Source of the DNA: Candidatus Latescibacterota bacterium | Lineage (GTDB): Bacteria; Latescibacterota; UBA2968 | Assembly: GCA_965116885.1 (NCBI GenBank) | Contig: OZ220741.1 | Span: 192,001-256,000, forward strand | DNA length: 64,000 nt | Reading direction: 5' to 3' | Shown here: piece by piece, positions 41,424-51,031 of the stretch | Layout: every line of letters starts with the position of its first letter | Position numbering within the stretch: the first letter of the stretch is position 1 | Notes under the pieces: model-generated | What the model was told of the DNA's origin: nothing | Databases searched by the model: none | What the model saw: the letters and a program-made list of their open reading frames with translations, nothing else | Position numbers and translations under genes: made by a program

Positions 41424-43763
41424 CTACGGATTCAACTCCAATCTGCTCTGTAAATTCCCCACTATATCTTCCCAATCCATCAGCAGGGGATGGTATTCAT
41501 CGGCGGCCCACAACTCGGACTGCATCCGATAATTCGGGCTGAGCGGATGTCCCGACTGTCCGCCAGCCGCCGTCGCCATACTCTGCGCCGGATTGCTCAT
41601 ATCCACCACCATCCGATAGGTCGAAAGCGAACCAACCTCAAACAGCTTGCCAAAATTATACCCCGTCGCGCGCACAGTTCCCGTACTCCCCGACGACTCA
41701 AAAGGCCCCACATCAAACATCTTTGACAACGCCCCGCCATCACTCAAGGGATGCCGAAAAGTTACAGTGTGCAACCTGCCCCAGCGCCACTGCGACTTTC
41801 GCGGACCCACGCGTCGGCGCAACCAATCGAGCGCATCGCCCAATGCCGCATGCACCTCCCCATCCAGATCCCAATCATCTGGCGTCCACTCCAACGCCTG
41901 GCCCGTCAACACCTGCCGCGCCACACTACCACCTCGCCCCACCACCAGTTGAGCCACCTGCTCGGGAAAGCGAACTCGCACCACCCGCCGCACCCAATGC
42001 TCCCAAAATGCCGTAAACACCGTAGCGGCAATCGAATCAACCGAATACGCGCCATCCCATTCGCGCAATAACTCACCCAGATCGCGCAAGCGTTTATTTC
42101 CCGCTCTCAGTGCAATCCCTGCAACAATCGGCGCCAGGTCTTCCCCCCGCCCGTGTACGACATCGGCATGAATAGCACCCGTACTCTCCTGCGTATGTAT
42201 CTCCAACGCCTCAATACGCGCCCTAATCCGCCGAAACCGGTACCCGTCCGACCACGAACCCAGCGACAGATAAGGACCTCGCCCACCCCATGGTGGATTA
42301 TTTGCCGTCGCCACCCAATTGCGCTCGGGATCCACCAGATGCGGCAACTCGTCAAAAGCATGCGGCGCACCCCATTCGCAATCCGGATCATTCGCCTGGC
42401 GGAACCCAAAATCCCCCACCTTGCGCGTTGGCACATGCCCAACCACATGATATCCAAGCCTTCCATCGGAATCGGCAAACACAAAATTCAAAATGGGCAT
42501 CGGCCATTGTGCGAGCGCATCCAAAACCTCTGCGACATTTTTTGACCGCATCAGCCCCAGCATCGCCTCAAACCCCGTAGTCGCCTCAGACCCTATCCAG
42601 CGCATAGACAATTGCTCCCCATCACCTACAGCAGGCACAAACTCATTGACAACCGGACCCCGACGAGATCGGCGAATCACCAGCACATCCGCTGCGGCAT
42701 CGCGCACCGGAATCGCCTGATCCTCCACCTCAAACGGACGCCAGGCATCGCCATCCAGATACAAACTCTCATCCTCCGCCGACACCTCTTCAACGTACAA
42801 ATCCCGCACCGAAGCCGAGTGATTGGTCACACCCCACGCCGTATCGCGCGTATGCCCCAGATAAATACCCGGCGTCCCCAAAAAAAACGCACCCACAGCA
42901 TCCATACCCGGCGCGCGCACCTGTGCCTGATACCACTGCCTGCACAAACTCACATCATTGTGCGGATCCGTTGCCAGCACGGGCTTGCCATTCTCTGTCC
43001 GCTCCCCCCCAATCACCCAATTATTGCTGCCAATCCCCGTATCGTATCCCCCCACACCAGCCGGTTCATCAGACGGAACAATGGTTTCTTCTGAAGCCTC
43101 TGTAGTCAAAAACAAATCGAACAAATCGGGAGGCAAATAGCGTTTGGCCGCCTCATTCACCGCAACCGCACTCAGCCGTCCCGTCAGCATCCACCACCGC
43201 CATTTCCATATCGCAATCGAATCCACCACCGTCCACGGCGCGGGATCGTAATCCAGCAAATCAAACTCGATACAACGCCGATCACCCATCGCTTCCATCC
43301 ACGCATTGATACCGCCGCCCAGCGACTGCAACACCATCTTCACCTCATCCGACATCGCCGAAGCTGCCCCCTGTGCCGCGCGCGTCAAACCAATCGTTCG
43401 ATGCAAGCGATCCTGCGCCAGACAATCCACTCCCAAAATCTCCGACAATTGCCCGTGTGCCAACCGCCGCATATAATCCATCTGCCACAGCCGATCCTGT
43501 GCCATAGCATATCCCAACGCAGTAAAACAATCCGCCATCGACGCCGCCTCGATATGCGCCACACCCCACCGGTCGCGCAACACCGTCACCGGCTGATCCA
43601 CCGGTGCTTTGACCGTCTCCTGCGCTTCGGGCAATTTCTGGCGCAAAAACCGCCGTTGAAAATCCCGAAACGACCGGTGCGAAATACCCAATTGATCGGC
43701 TGCCTCATCAACAGTTATCTCACCGCGCATCGCCTGCATCAAACAAGTTTTTCGATCTGCCAT
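41424..43763 (-). CDS. Penicillin acylase family Ntn hydrolase with an N-terminal HTH-like extension
   Basis: RDRWGVAHI, AQDRLWQMD, G/SNNW nucleophile, TDPH, TANN and GGQSG motifs. Confidence 0.9.
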   Translation of the reverse strand: MADRKTCLMQAMRGEITVDEAADQLGISHRSFRDFQRRFLRQKLPEAQETVKAPVDQPVTVLRDRWGVAHIEAASMADCFTALGYAMAQDRLWQMDYMRRLAHGQLSEILGVDCLAQDRLHRTIGLTRAAQGAASAMSDEVKMVLQSLGGGINAWMEAMGDRRCIEFDLLDYDPAPWTVVDSIAIWKWRWWMLTGRLSAVAVNEAAKRYLPPDLFDLFLTTEASEETIVPSDEPAGVGGYDTGIGSNNWVIGGERTENGKPVLATDPHNDVSLCRQWYQAQVRAPGMDAVGAFFLGTPGIYLGHTRDTAWGVTNHSASVRDLYVEEVSAEDESLYLDGDAWRPFEVEDQAIPVRDAAADVLVIRRSRRGPVVNEFVPAVGDGEQLSMRWIGSEATTGFEAMLGLMRSKNVAEVLDALAQWPMPILNFVFADSDGRLGYHVVGHVPTRKVGDFGFRQANDPDCEWGAPHAFDELPHLVDPERNWVATANNPPWGGRGPYLSLGSWSDGYRFRRIRARIEALEIHTQESTGAIHADVVHGRGEDLAPIVAGIALRAGNKRLRDLGELLREWDGAYSVDSIAATVFTAFWEHWVRRVVRVRFPEQVAQLVVGRGGSVARQVLTGQALEWTPDDWDLDGEVHAALGDALDWLRRRVGPRKSQWRWGRLHTVTFRHPLSDGGALSKMFDVGPFESSGSTGTVRATGYNFGKLFEVGSLSTYRMVVDMSNPAQSMATAAGGQSGHPLSPNYRMQSELWAADEYHPLLMDWEDIVGNLQSRLELNP

Positions 43764-43784
43764 AGTCCCTCCAATACCTCAATC

Positions 43785-45242
43785 TCACCGTTCGCGATAA
43801 GGATTGGAACCCGGATCGTACCACGCGAACAATCGCTCCTGTAAATCCGCGCAAATACCTGCAAAATCTCGATTATCAATCAAATTGATACACTCGCCCG
43901 GATCACTTTCCAAATCGTATAATTCATGTTGCGAACCCCCATCATTATAAACGTACTTAAACCGTTCAGCCCGCACCATATATTGGGGCACATGAGAGCG
44001 CAAACCATGCTCGGAAAACGCGGCATCGGGACCCTGAGTATCGGGATCGCGCACAATACTGGCAAAACTCTCCGCGTCCATTGTCTCGCGAGCACCTTCA
44101 AAATCCATCAGCGTCGTCCGATCGGGCGCCGACAACCCGCACAACTCTGAAAGCGTGGGATACAGCCCAAAATATTCGGTCAACGCAGAAGCCACCCGAT
44201 CCTCTGGAAAACGAGAAGGACAACTCACAATCAAAGGCACCTTCACCGCAGGCTCAAACATACAAAACTTCTGATACAACCCGTGCTCACCGCCCATCTC
44301 GCCGTGATCCGAAGTATAGACCACAATCGTATCTTCCACCAGCCCCAACTCCTCCAACCCATCCAGCACGCGCCCAATACAATAATCGACAAAAGATAGA
44401 TTGCCCATATACCCCGCCTTATGCGCCCGAAGCCGCTTTTCACCCATACCCTGCGTCCTATCAATGCGCTGTTGAATATGCCTCGGATACTGCGAACTAT
44501 CCCCCACCTCCACCAGATCTATCGATCCCGGCGAAAACTGCTCTGCCCATTCGCGCGGCGGATAAAAAGGCGGATGGGGCTTCATAAAACTCGCCACCAG
44601 AAAAAACGGCTGATCGCGATATTCGCGCATAAACTTCACAGACTCGCGCGCCACAAACATATCCAGATGATCCTCGGCATCCAACGGCGAAGCCGTGCTC
44701 GAAAAATCCCACCGAGCCACATTGCCCGCCCATGGACTTGCGCCATCCCACAGCACCGACACATCGGGAAACCCACTACCCGTATCAAAAACCGAATTGA
44801 AAAACCCCTCGCCTATCGCGTGATTGGCAATCTCATTCGCATAATGCCCGACCTTTGGCCCCAAATACATCAACCAATCGTTGATCGACAAATACGACGC
44901 AAAACCGTGATTATGTGCATCGTTAAAATGCATCTTACCGATCAAACTCGTCAAATATCCATGATCCGCAAAATGATGTGCCACCGTGCGATACCGCCAA
45001 TCCAGCCGATCACTATTGTTAATTGCCCCCGTATTATGTGCGTACAAACCCGTCAACAGCGACATACGCGAAGCCGTACACACCGGATAGGGACAATAGG
45101 CATTCTCAAACCGCACCCCCCGCGCAGCCACGCGATCTATCATCGGCGTAGGCACCGTATTATTCCCGGCACACGTCATCCAATCCGCGCGGTGTTGATC
45201 GCTCATCAAAATGAGAACATTGGGACGATTATTATAATCCAA
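43785..45242 (-). CDS. Sulfatase (choline-sulfatase-like)
   Basis: RPNVLILMSDQHR, CTASR, GKMH and SDHG motifs. TTG start at 45242 after AAGGAGG; the ORF-track extension overlaps the rhodanese tail. Confidence 0.88.
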   Translation of the reverse strand: MDYNNRPNVLILMSDQHRADWMTCAGNNTVPTPMIDRVAARGVRFENAYCPYPVCTASRMSLLTGLYAHNTGAINNSDRLDWRYRTVAHHFADHGYLTSLIGKMHFNDAHNHGFASYLSINDWLMYLGPKVGHYANEIANHAIGEGFFNSVFDTGSGFPDVSVLWDGASPWAGNVARWDFSSTASPLDAEDHLDMFVARESVKFMREYRDQPFFLVASFMKPHPPFYPPREWAEQFSPGSIDLVEVGDSSQYPRHIQQRIDRTQGMGEKRLRAHKAGYMGNLSFVDYCIGRVLDGLEELGLVEDTIVVYTSDHGEMGGEHGLYQKFCMFEPAVKVPLIVSCPSRFPEDRVASALTEYFGLYPTLSELCGLSAPDRTTLMDFEGARETMDAESFASIVRDPDTQGPDAAFSEHGLRSHVPQYMVRAERFKYVYNDGGSQHELYDLESDPGECINLIDNRDFAGICADLQERLFAWYDPGSNPYRER

Positions 45243-45261
45243 GATATGACCTCCTTCTGCA

Positions 45262-46089
45262 TTACTTCTCTTCAGGCACTTCGACCGGCAAATCCAGCCG
45301 GTCACCCCACTCTTTCCACGACCCGATATAATTTCGGACCTTTTCATACCCCAGCAACCGCAATGCCAGGTACGTTTGGGAAGAGCGGTACCCGCCCTGT
45401 CAGTAAGGCACGATTTCCTTATCGGGCGAAATCCCCACGGCCTCGTACATCGCCCGCAATTCATCCGCAGGCTTAAACGCCCCCATCTCATCCAGATTAT
45501 TCACATACTCAACATGCACAGCACCTGGAATAGCCCCCCCTCGCGCAGCCCGCACATTGCGCCCGAAATACTCATCATCACCCCGCGTATCCAGAGGCAC
45601 AACATCCTCGCGCCCCAAAAGACCATTTAAAACATCGGCCCCCATGTGACGCCCCGGCACCGCCTCTGCGACAAACTCCGCGGGCGCGACCTCCTCGCAA
45701 TCCGTCGTCAATTCATAGCCCATAGCCGTCCAGGCATTGCATCCCCCATCCAGCACGCGCACATCGGGATGCCCCAGATATTCACAAATCCAAAAACCCC
45801 GCGACGCGCGCACCCCGGAATCATCCTCGTACCAGACCACCGTCTTATCCGTACCAATACCCCGGTTACTAAACAAATAACCGAGCATCCACATAAACGC
45901 ATCAAAAGCCTGTTCGCGAGTATCGTTCAAACTGATCGAATAAAGATCCAGATGAATCGCACCCGGAATATGCCCGGCGTGATATGCATGCGTCGGCCGC
46001 GTATCCACAATACAGACATCGGCAGCCCTCTCCTGCAAATCCCTCGGCGAAATCAACAACTCGGGATTCGCATACCCTTTATCGCTCAT
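45262..46089 (-). CDS. Probable selenoprotein: tandem-domain rhodanese/sulfurtransferase with Sec at the active site (275 aa)
   Basis: GHIPGA, VLDGG and GAIPGA motifs. TGA 45402..45400 reads Y-U-QGGYRS, followed by [17 protein letters not shown] to TAA 45264..45262. AGGAGG RBS at ATG 46089. Confidence 0.9.
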
Positions 46090-46102
46090 TTTCACCTCCT
46101 TA

Positions 46103-46234
46103 AAAGTTGTCTTAGAACTCATTCTGACCCCTCCCCCGGCCCCTCCCCGAAACGGGGAGGGGAGACCTGGTTCCCCCCTTCCTCTCAGGAAGGGGGGTTA
46201 GGGGGGTAGGTCCCAATAATTTTAAAATAGCTTC
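46103..46234. mobile_element. 132 bp MITE copy 1 (degenerate left TIR)
   Basis: Nearly identical to 54172..54303; flanked by TTA on both sides. Confidence 0.75.
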
Positions 46235-46273
46235 TTAAACCCGAACTAAAAACCAGCTTATGTGTTCTACTAC

Positions 46274-46303
46274 TTGACAATATTGCACATCAGTATCCAT
46301 ATT
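46274..46303 (+). promoter_or_regulatory. Putative sigma70 promoter of rfbA
   Basis: TTGACA-N18-CATATT. Confidence 0.4.
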
Positions 46304-46330
46304 TAACGCCTAAACTTCAGGAGACACTAT

Positions 46331-47197
46331 ATGAAAGGCATCTTACTCGCAGGTGGGGCTGGCACCCGCCTCTATCCCATCACGCGCGTGGTCAGCAAAC
46401 AACTCCAGCCCGTTTACGACAAACCCATGATCTACTATCCCCTCTCCGTCCTCATGCTGGCCGGTATCCGCGATATATTGATCATCTCCACACCCCATGA
46501 CCTGCCCCTCTATCGGCGATTATTCGACGACGGCTCCCATCTCGGCCTCAACATCACATACGCCGAACAACCGCGCCCCGAAGGCGTTGCCCAATCATTT
46601 GTGATCGGAAGCGATTTTATAGGCACCGATCCCGTCTGCTTAATCTTCGGCGACAACATCTTCTACGGCCACGGCCTCGGCGCAATATTAGATCGAGCCG
46701 GACAACTCACCAGAGGCGGCCTCATCTTCGGATACTCAGTAACCGACCCCGAGCGATATGGCGTCATCGAATTTGACAGCAAAGGCCGTATCATTGGCAT
46801 AGAAGAAAAACCCAAACACCCCAAATCGCGCTACGCCGTTCCCGGCCTCTATTTTTACGACAACCAGGTCGTTGACATTGCCCGCAACCTCACGCCTTCA
46901 GCGCGCGGAGAATACGAAATCACCGATGTAAACGAAGAATACCTCAAACGCCAACAACTCGAAGTCGAACTCCTCGGCCGCGGGTATTGCTGGCTCGACA
47001 CCGGCACATTTGAATCGCTTCACCAGGCATCGGGATTTGTCCAGGCAATACAGGAACGCCAGGGCCTCAAAATTGCGTGCATCGAAGAAATCGCCTATCG
47101 CCGGGGATACATCAACGCCGCACAACTCGAACAACTCGCGCAAACCATGGCGCAAAACAGCTACGGCCAATTCCTCCTATCGGTCCTGAACGAATAG
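46331..47197 (+). CDS. rfbA: Glucose-1-phosphate thymidylyltransferase
   Basis: [42 protein letters not shown] and WLDTGT motifs. Confidence 0.97.
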   Translation: MKGILLAGGAGTRLYPITRVVSKQLQPVYDKPMIYYPLSVLMLAGIRDILIISTPHDLPLYRRLFDDGSHLGLNITYAEQPRPEGVAQSFVIGSDFIGTDPVCLIFGDNIFYGHGLGAILDRAGQLTRGGLIFGYSVTDPERYGVIEFDSKGRIIGIEEKPKHPKSRYAVPGLYFYDNQVVDIARNLTPSARGEYEITDVNEEYLKRQQLEVELLGRGYCWLDTGTFESLHQASGFVQAIQERQGLKIACIEEIAYRRGYINAAQLEQLAQTMAQNSYGQFLLSVLNE

Positions 47198-47278
47198 ACG
47201 AGAAAAGCGCGAATAGACGAATAGACGAACCCCACCCAACCACCCAACGGGCGGGCACAGGGGCACCGCCCCTACATT
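47190..47278. repeat. Composite repeat: (CGAATAGA)n + REP; near-copy at 55774..55845
   Basis: Shared ACGAACCCCACCCAACCACCC(C)AACGGGCGGGCACAGGGGCACCGCCCCTACATT. Confidence 0.8.
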
Positions 47279-50079
47279 ACTATCGGATGCAGCGCGTGCC
47301 AATCGGTAGCTTGTTCATAGGCTCGTGCAACAGCGAGAATCGTCGCCTCATCGTACAAATTGCCCAAAAAAGTCAACCCTCTCGGCGTACCCTCGGCAAA
47401 CCCACACGGCAAAATCACCGCGGGATGACCCGTCAAATTGGTCACAGCCAAACTCGTCCTTCCACCGCGCGGCACCAGCACCGCATCCCAGTCTTGCATC
47501 ACCTGTGCCACATCGCGCATCAGCAAATTCCGCAAACGCTGCGCCCGCAAATACTCCACAGCCGTCACCGCGCGTGCCGCCCGAAAAGTATTGGGCCACG
47601 AACTCTTATCCGCCTCCGTCATCACATCCAATTCTCCGCGCAGAGTCGCATCGTCAAACATCGCGGAAGCCTCAACCCGCAGCACCATCGCAATCGCATC
47701 CGCCGGATAATCCGGCAATGAAACGGGTTGTAAATCAGCGCCCAAACCGCGCATCACGTCCAGCGCAGCGGCATAAACACCAGTGGGATCTTCGCCCTCT
47801 GCCTCCTTCCGAAACTCAGACGCCAGATATCCAATCCGCAACCCGGACAAATCCACATCGGGACACCAGTTAAACGGCGCATCCACCACCGAACGATCCT
47901 TTCCATCCGATCCACAAATCGCGTGAAACACCGCAGCACAATCCTCTACACTGCGGCACATAGGACCCAATTTATCCATTGTCCAGCTCAGCGCCATCGC
48001 CCCATAGCGGCTCACCCGCCCATAAGTCGGGCGCAACCCCACCACGCCGCATGTGTGACTGGGCGAAACAATAGAACCCTGCGTTTCAGACCCGATACTG
48101 AACCCCACCAATCCCGCCGCAGTTGCCGCGCCAGACCCGGCTGACGACCCGCTCGATCCCATCTCGGTATCCCACGGATTGCGCGTCATACCCTCAAACC
48201 ACGTCGGCCCCGACGCCAGCGCGCCCAGTGACAACTTGGCAACCAGCACAGCACCCGCCTGTCTCAATTTTTTCACCACACTCGCATCCTCATCCGGCAC
48301 CCGATCTCTAAACGGCGTGGCCCCCCACGTCGTGCGAATACCCTGTGTACTCAACAAATCTTTCGCGCCCCAGGGAATACCGTGCAACGGACCTCTATAA
48401 TCGCCCTTTGCAATCTCCGCTTCAGCGGCTTTTGCCTGTTCCATCGCCAGATCTTCTGTCAGCGTAACCACACACTTCAATTTCTCCCCATAACGCGCAA
48501 GGCGATCCAGGTACAACCGCGTCAACTCAACCGGTGAAATCTCCCTCTGCACAATCAAACGCGCCAGAGAACTCGCTGGCAAAAAAGCCAACTCATCATC
48601 GGCATCTGGCCGCGCAATATTGGCGTCACTCAGCGCAAACGGCTGCTGTTCGCCCTCGGGCACATCCCCCGGCACAAACACCAGAGGTGGCTCCACGTCA
48701 TACCCCACCGACACATTGCGTAAAGCAGCATATTGCCGCCCCTGCCTTTCAATTTGCCCCCGTACCTTTTGCCATTGCGCCCTGGAAAATGGCAACCGGG
48801 CAACATCTCCCAATCCCGACACCGCGCGATCCACCAGTGCATTCTCGCGCTCGGCAACCTCGTCCAAAAACACATGCCGAATTTCCGTATCGATATCCGG
48901 GCTGCATCCCTCACCTTTTTCACCGTGCGTGTACAAAAGCTGGGGAACCCCGATCTTGTTCTCGGATGTCGCACAACGCTCCAAACTCGGCAACCAATCC
49001 GACACCGTCTCATCCTCCGGCGAAACCCGATACGCCCGCCAGGTCTCCCCCACATCCCGTGAAGTAAACAACACAATAGCATTTGTCGGATCGGCCCAAT
49101 GCCCGCCGCGCTTACACACCACACCCGCCGCGTACAGCACCCCATCCTTTGACACACTCAACACACACCGATCTGATATCGCACACCGCCCAAAAACTTT
49201 CTCAGCCAAAGGCAAAAAAGACTTCCGCTCCCATTTCCCCCTTTGCCAGCGATACAAAAACGTCTCCTCAAACTCGCCCTCTCGCCGGTTCAACGTAAAA
49301 AGCACCACATCGCCCGCACAGGTCACCACATTGCCAATGCGAACATCGAACCCATCGCTGTATTCAATCACACACGGAGAATCCGGCGTCACGGGCAAGT
49401 CGAGCCTCTCCCCCGCCACAGTCTCCCATGTCTCACCCCAATCGCGCGACCGCATAATGCCAAACCCGCGGCCCTTTGTATCCCCCGGATTATCCTCATT
49501 GCTCCGCGCCAGGTGAAAAGACAAATACAGCACATCCCCCTCAATATGGATACAATTCTCAAGATGCACATAAGCTGGCGGACCCAGAGGGTCAACCAAC
49601 TTCACCGGCACTGACCAATCTCCATCCACAGACCGCTTCTGATAAAACAGACCCCAGGGCCGCTCGCGCTGATATGCCCCCCGATAACACGCATGCAACA
49701 CATCGCGCGCATCACACACCAGACTGGGATACGTCGCATTCACACCGCCAAAAGGAGAAAGGATTCTCCACGAGGACGCATCATTGGGACGCACACTCAC
49801 CGCGTGTTGCATCGGATTGTGATGCGGACCAAACGCGAGATAGAGAAACCCCTTCGAATCCATAGTCATCGCCGCGCCCGCGTGATTATCAACCCCATCC
49901 GCCACAAAAACAGGATCGCTCCACACTTTCGCCTCGTGACAATACGTCGCCACATACGTCTTGTGAATCTGATCCAGCCACACCACATGCGTCTTGCCCT
50001 CATGCGCAATAATTTTATTGCTCATCCCATAAGCCGTGCCGCGCGTCGAGCCAGTCTTTGACAAAACAGTGTATTCCAT
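47272..50079 (-). CDS. BNR-4/beta-propeller + amidase-signature fusion protein
   Basis: N-terminal half has DNH, GPHH, ATYP and Asp-boxes (SRDWGETW, SRDVGETW). C-terminal half has GPLHGIPWGAKD, GSSGSSAG and GSETQGSIVSP. Confidence 0.85.
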   Translation of the reverse strand: MEYTVLSKTGSTRGTAYGMSNKIIAHEGKTHVVWLDQIHKTYVATYCHEAKVWSDPVFVADGVDNHAGAAMTMDSKGFLYLAFGPHHNPMQHAVSVRPNDASSWRILSPFGGVNATYPSLVCDARDVLHACYRGAYQRERPWGLFYQKRSVDGDWSVPVKLVDPLGPPAYVHLENCIHIEGDVLYLSFHLARSNEDNPGDTKGRGFGIMRSRDWGETWETVAGERLDLPVTPDSPCVIEYSDGFDVRIGNVVTCAGDVVLFTLNRREGEFEETFLYRWQRGKWERKSFLPLAEKVFGRCAISDRCVLSVSKDGVLYAAGVVCKRGGHWADPTNAIVLFTSRDVGETWRAYRVSPEDETVSDWLPSLERCATSENKIGVPQLLYTHGEKGEGCSPDIDTEIRHVFLDEVAERENALVDRAVSGLGDVARLPFSRAQWQKVRGQIERQGRQYAALRNVSVGYDVEPPLVFVPGDVPEGEQQPFALSDANIARPDADDELAFLPASSLARLIVQREISPVELTRLYLDRLARYGEKLKCVVTLTEDLAMEQAKAAEAEIAKGDYRGPLHGIPWGAKDLLSTQGIRTTWGATPFRDRVPDEDASVVKKLRQAGAVLVAKLSLGALASGPTWFEGMTRNPWDTEMGSSGSSAGSGAATAAGLVGFSIGSETQGSIVSPSHTCGVVGLRPTYGRVSRYGAMALSWTMDKLGPMCRSVEDCAAVFHAICGSDGKDRSVVDAPFNWCPDVDLSGLRIGYLASEFRKEAEGEDPTGVYAAALDVMRGLGADLQPVSLPDYPADAIAMVLRVEASAMFDDATLRGELDVMTEADKSSWPNTFRAARAVTAVEYLRAQRLRNLLMRDVAQVMQDWDAVLVPRGGRTSLAVTNLTGHPAVILPCGFAEGTPRGLTFLGNLYDEATILAVARAYEQATDWHALHPIVM

Positions 50080-50099
50080 AACACAACCCCTCGGTATTG

Positions 50100-50128
50100 T
50101 TGCGTTCTTCCCGACGACCTGCTATAAT
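50100..50128 (+). promoter_or_regulatory. Putative sigma70 promoter (extended -10) of the SDR gene
   Basis: TTGCGT-N17-TATAAT with TGn immediately before the -10. Confidence 0.55.
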
Positions 50129-50160
50129 AGACACCATCCACTTTATCTGAAAGGGAAGAA

Positions 50161-50988
50161 ATGTCCAATCTCAAAAACAAAGTCGCCCTGATAACCGGTG
50201 CCGGTGGTGAACACGGAATCGGACGTGCAATAGCGTTGCGCTTCGCGCGAGAAGGCGCCGATATTGTTATCTGTGATATAGATGCAAATGCCCGCGGCGA
50301 CTGGGCTGGATTGCCCGCAGTTGCCGAAGAAATCAAAGCGATGGGACGCCGGGTTCTCGCAACAGAAGTCGATGTAACCAGCGCAGATCAAGTCGAACAA
50401 ATGGTGAACACTGCACTCGCGCGCTTTGGCAAAATCGACATCCTCGTCAACAACGCGGGTGCCCCCGCAGGACCGGACCGCGTACCCGTTTCCGAATTAG
50501 AAGAAGACGTCTTCGACCACGTTCAACGCGTAAATGTCAAAGGCACCTTCTTGTGTTCCCGCGCCGTTGTTCGCCACCTCATCAAACGGAACAACGGGGG
50601 CAAAATCATCAACATCTCATCAACTGCGGGCCTGCGCGGAATCGCCAGATTCGCGGCCTATTGCTCTTCAAAATTTGCCGTCATAGGATTCACGCAATGC
50701 CTCGCCCATGAAATGGGACCCTACGGCATCCAGGTCAACGCAATCTGCCCCGGCCTCATTGAAACCGAACGCCTGCACGGCATAGCCAGCGGATTAAAAC
50801 CCAGCGGAACATCAATCGAAAACTTTAGAGCGCAAATGGTCGAGCGCTCCTCTCAGAACAATCCACTCGGACGCATTGGACAGCCAGAAGATGTTGCAAA
50901 CCTCGCTGCATTTTTGGCCTCTCCCGATGGCGATTACATGACCGGACAGGCAATCAGCATATCGGGCGGAGCGGCCATGGTGCGTTAG
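50161..50988 (+). CDS. SDR family oxidoreductase
   Basis: TGAGGEHGIG, NNAG, YCSSK. Confidence 0.9.
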   Translation: MSNLKNKVALITGAGGEHGIGRAIALRFAREGADIVICDIDANARGDWAGLPAVAEEIKAMGRRVLATEVDVTSADQVEQMVNTALARFGKIDILVNNAGAPAGPDRVPVSELEEDVFDHVQRVNVKGTFLCSRAVVRHLIKRNNGGKIINISSTAGLRGIARFAAYCSSKFAVIGFTQCLAHEMGPYGIQVNAICPGLIETERLHGIASGLKPSGTSIENFRAQMVERSSQNNPLGRIGQPEDVANLAAFLASPDGDYMTGQAISISGGAAMVR

Positions 50989-51031
50989 CCCCAGCAATCA
51001 GCATATCGGGCGGAGCGGCCATGGTGCGTTA
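50950..51031. repeat. 38 bp perfect direct duplication of the SDR 3' end
   Basis: GCAATCAGCATATCGGGCGGAGCGGCCATGGTGCGTTA at 50950..50987 and 50994..51031. Confidence 0.9.

Noticed and set aside
33930..45402. Genome-wide reassignment of TGA (genetic code 4 or 25)
   Set aside because: Many genes end normally at TGA, including ATGA overlaps. Read-through is needed only at two catalytic Cys positions.
45243..45491. N-terminal 83 aa of the 568-aa sulfatase ORF
   Set aside because: It overlaps the rhodanese in another frame; a TTG at 45242 with an AAGGAGG RBS is the better start.
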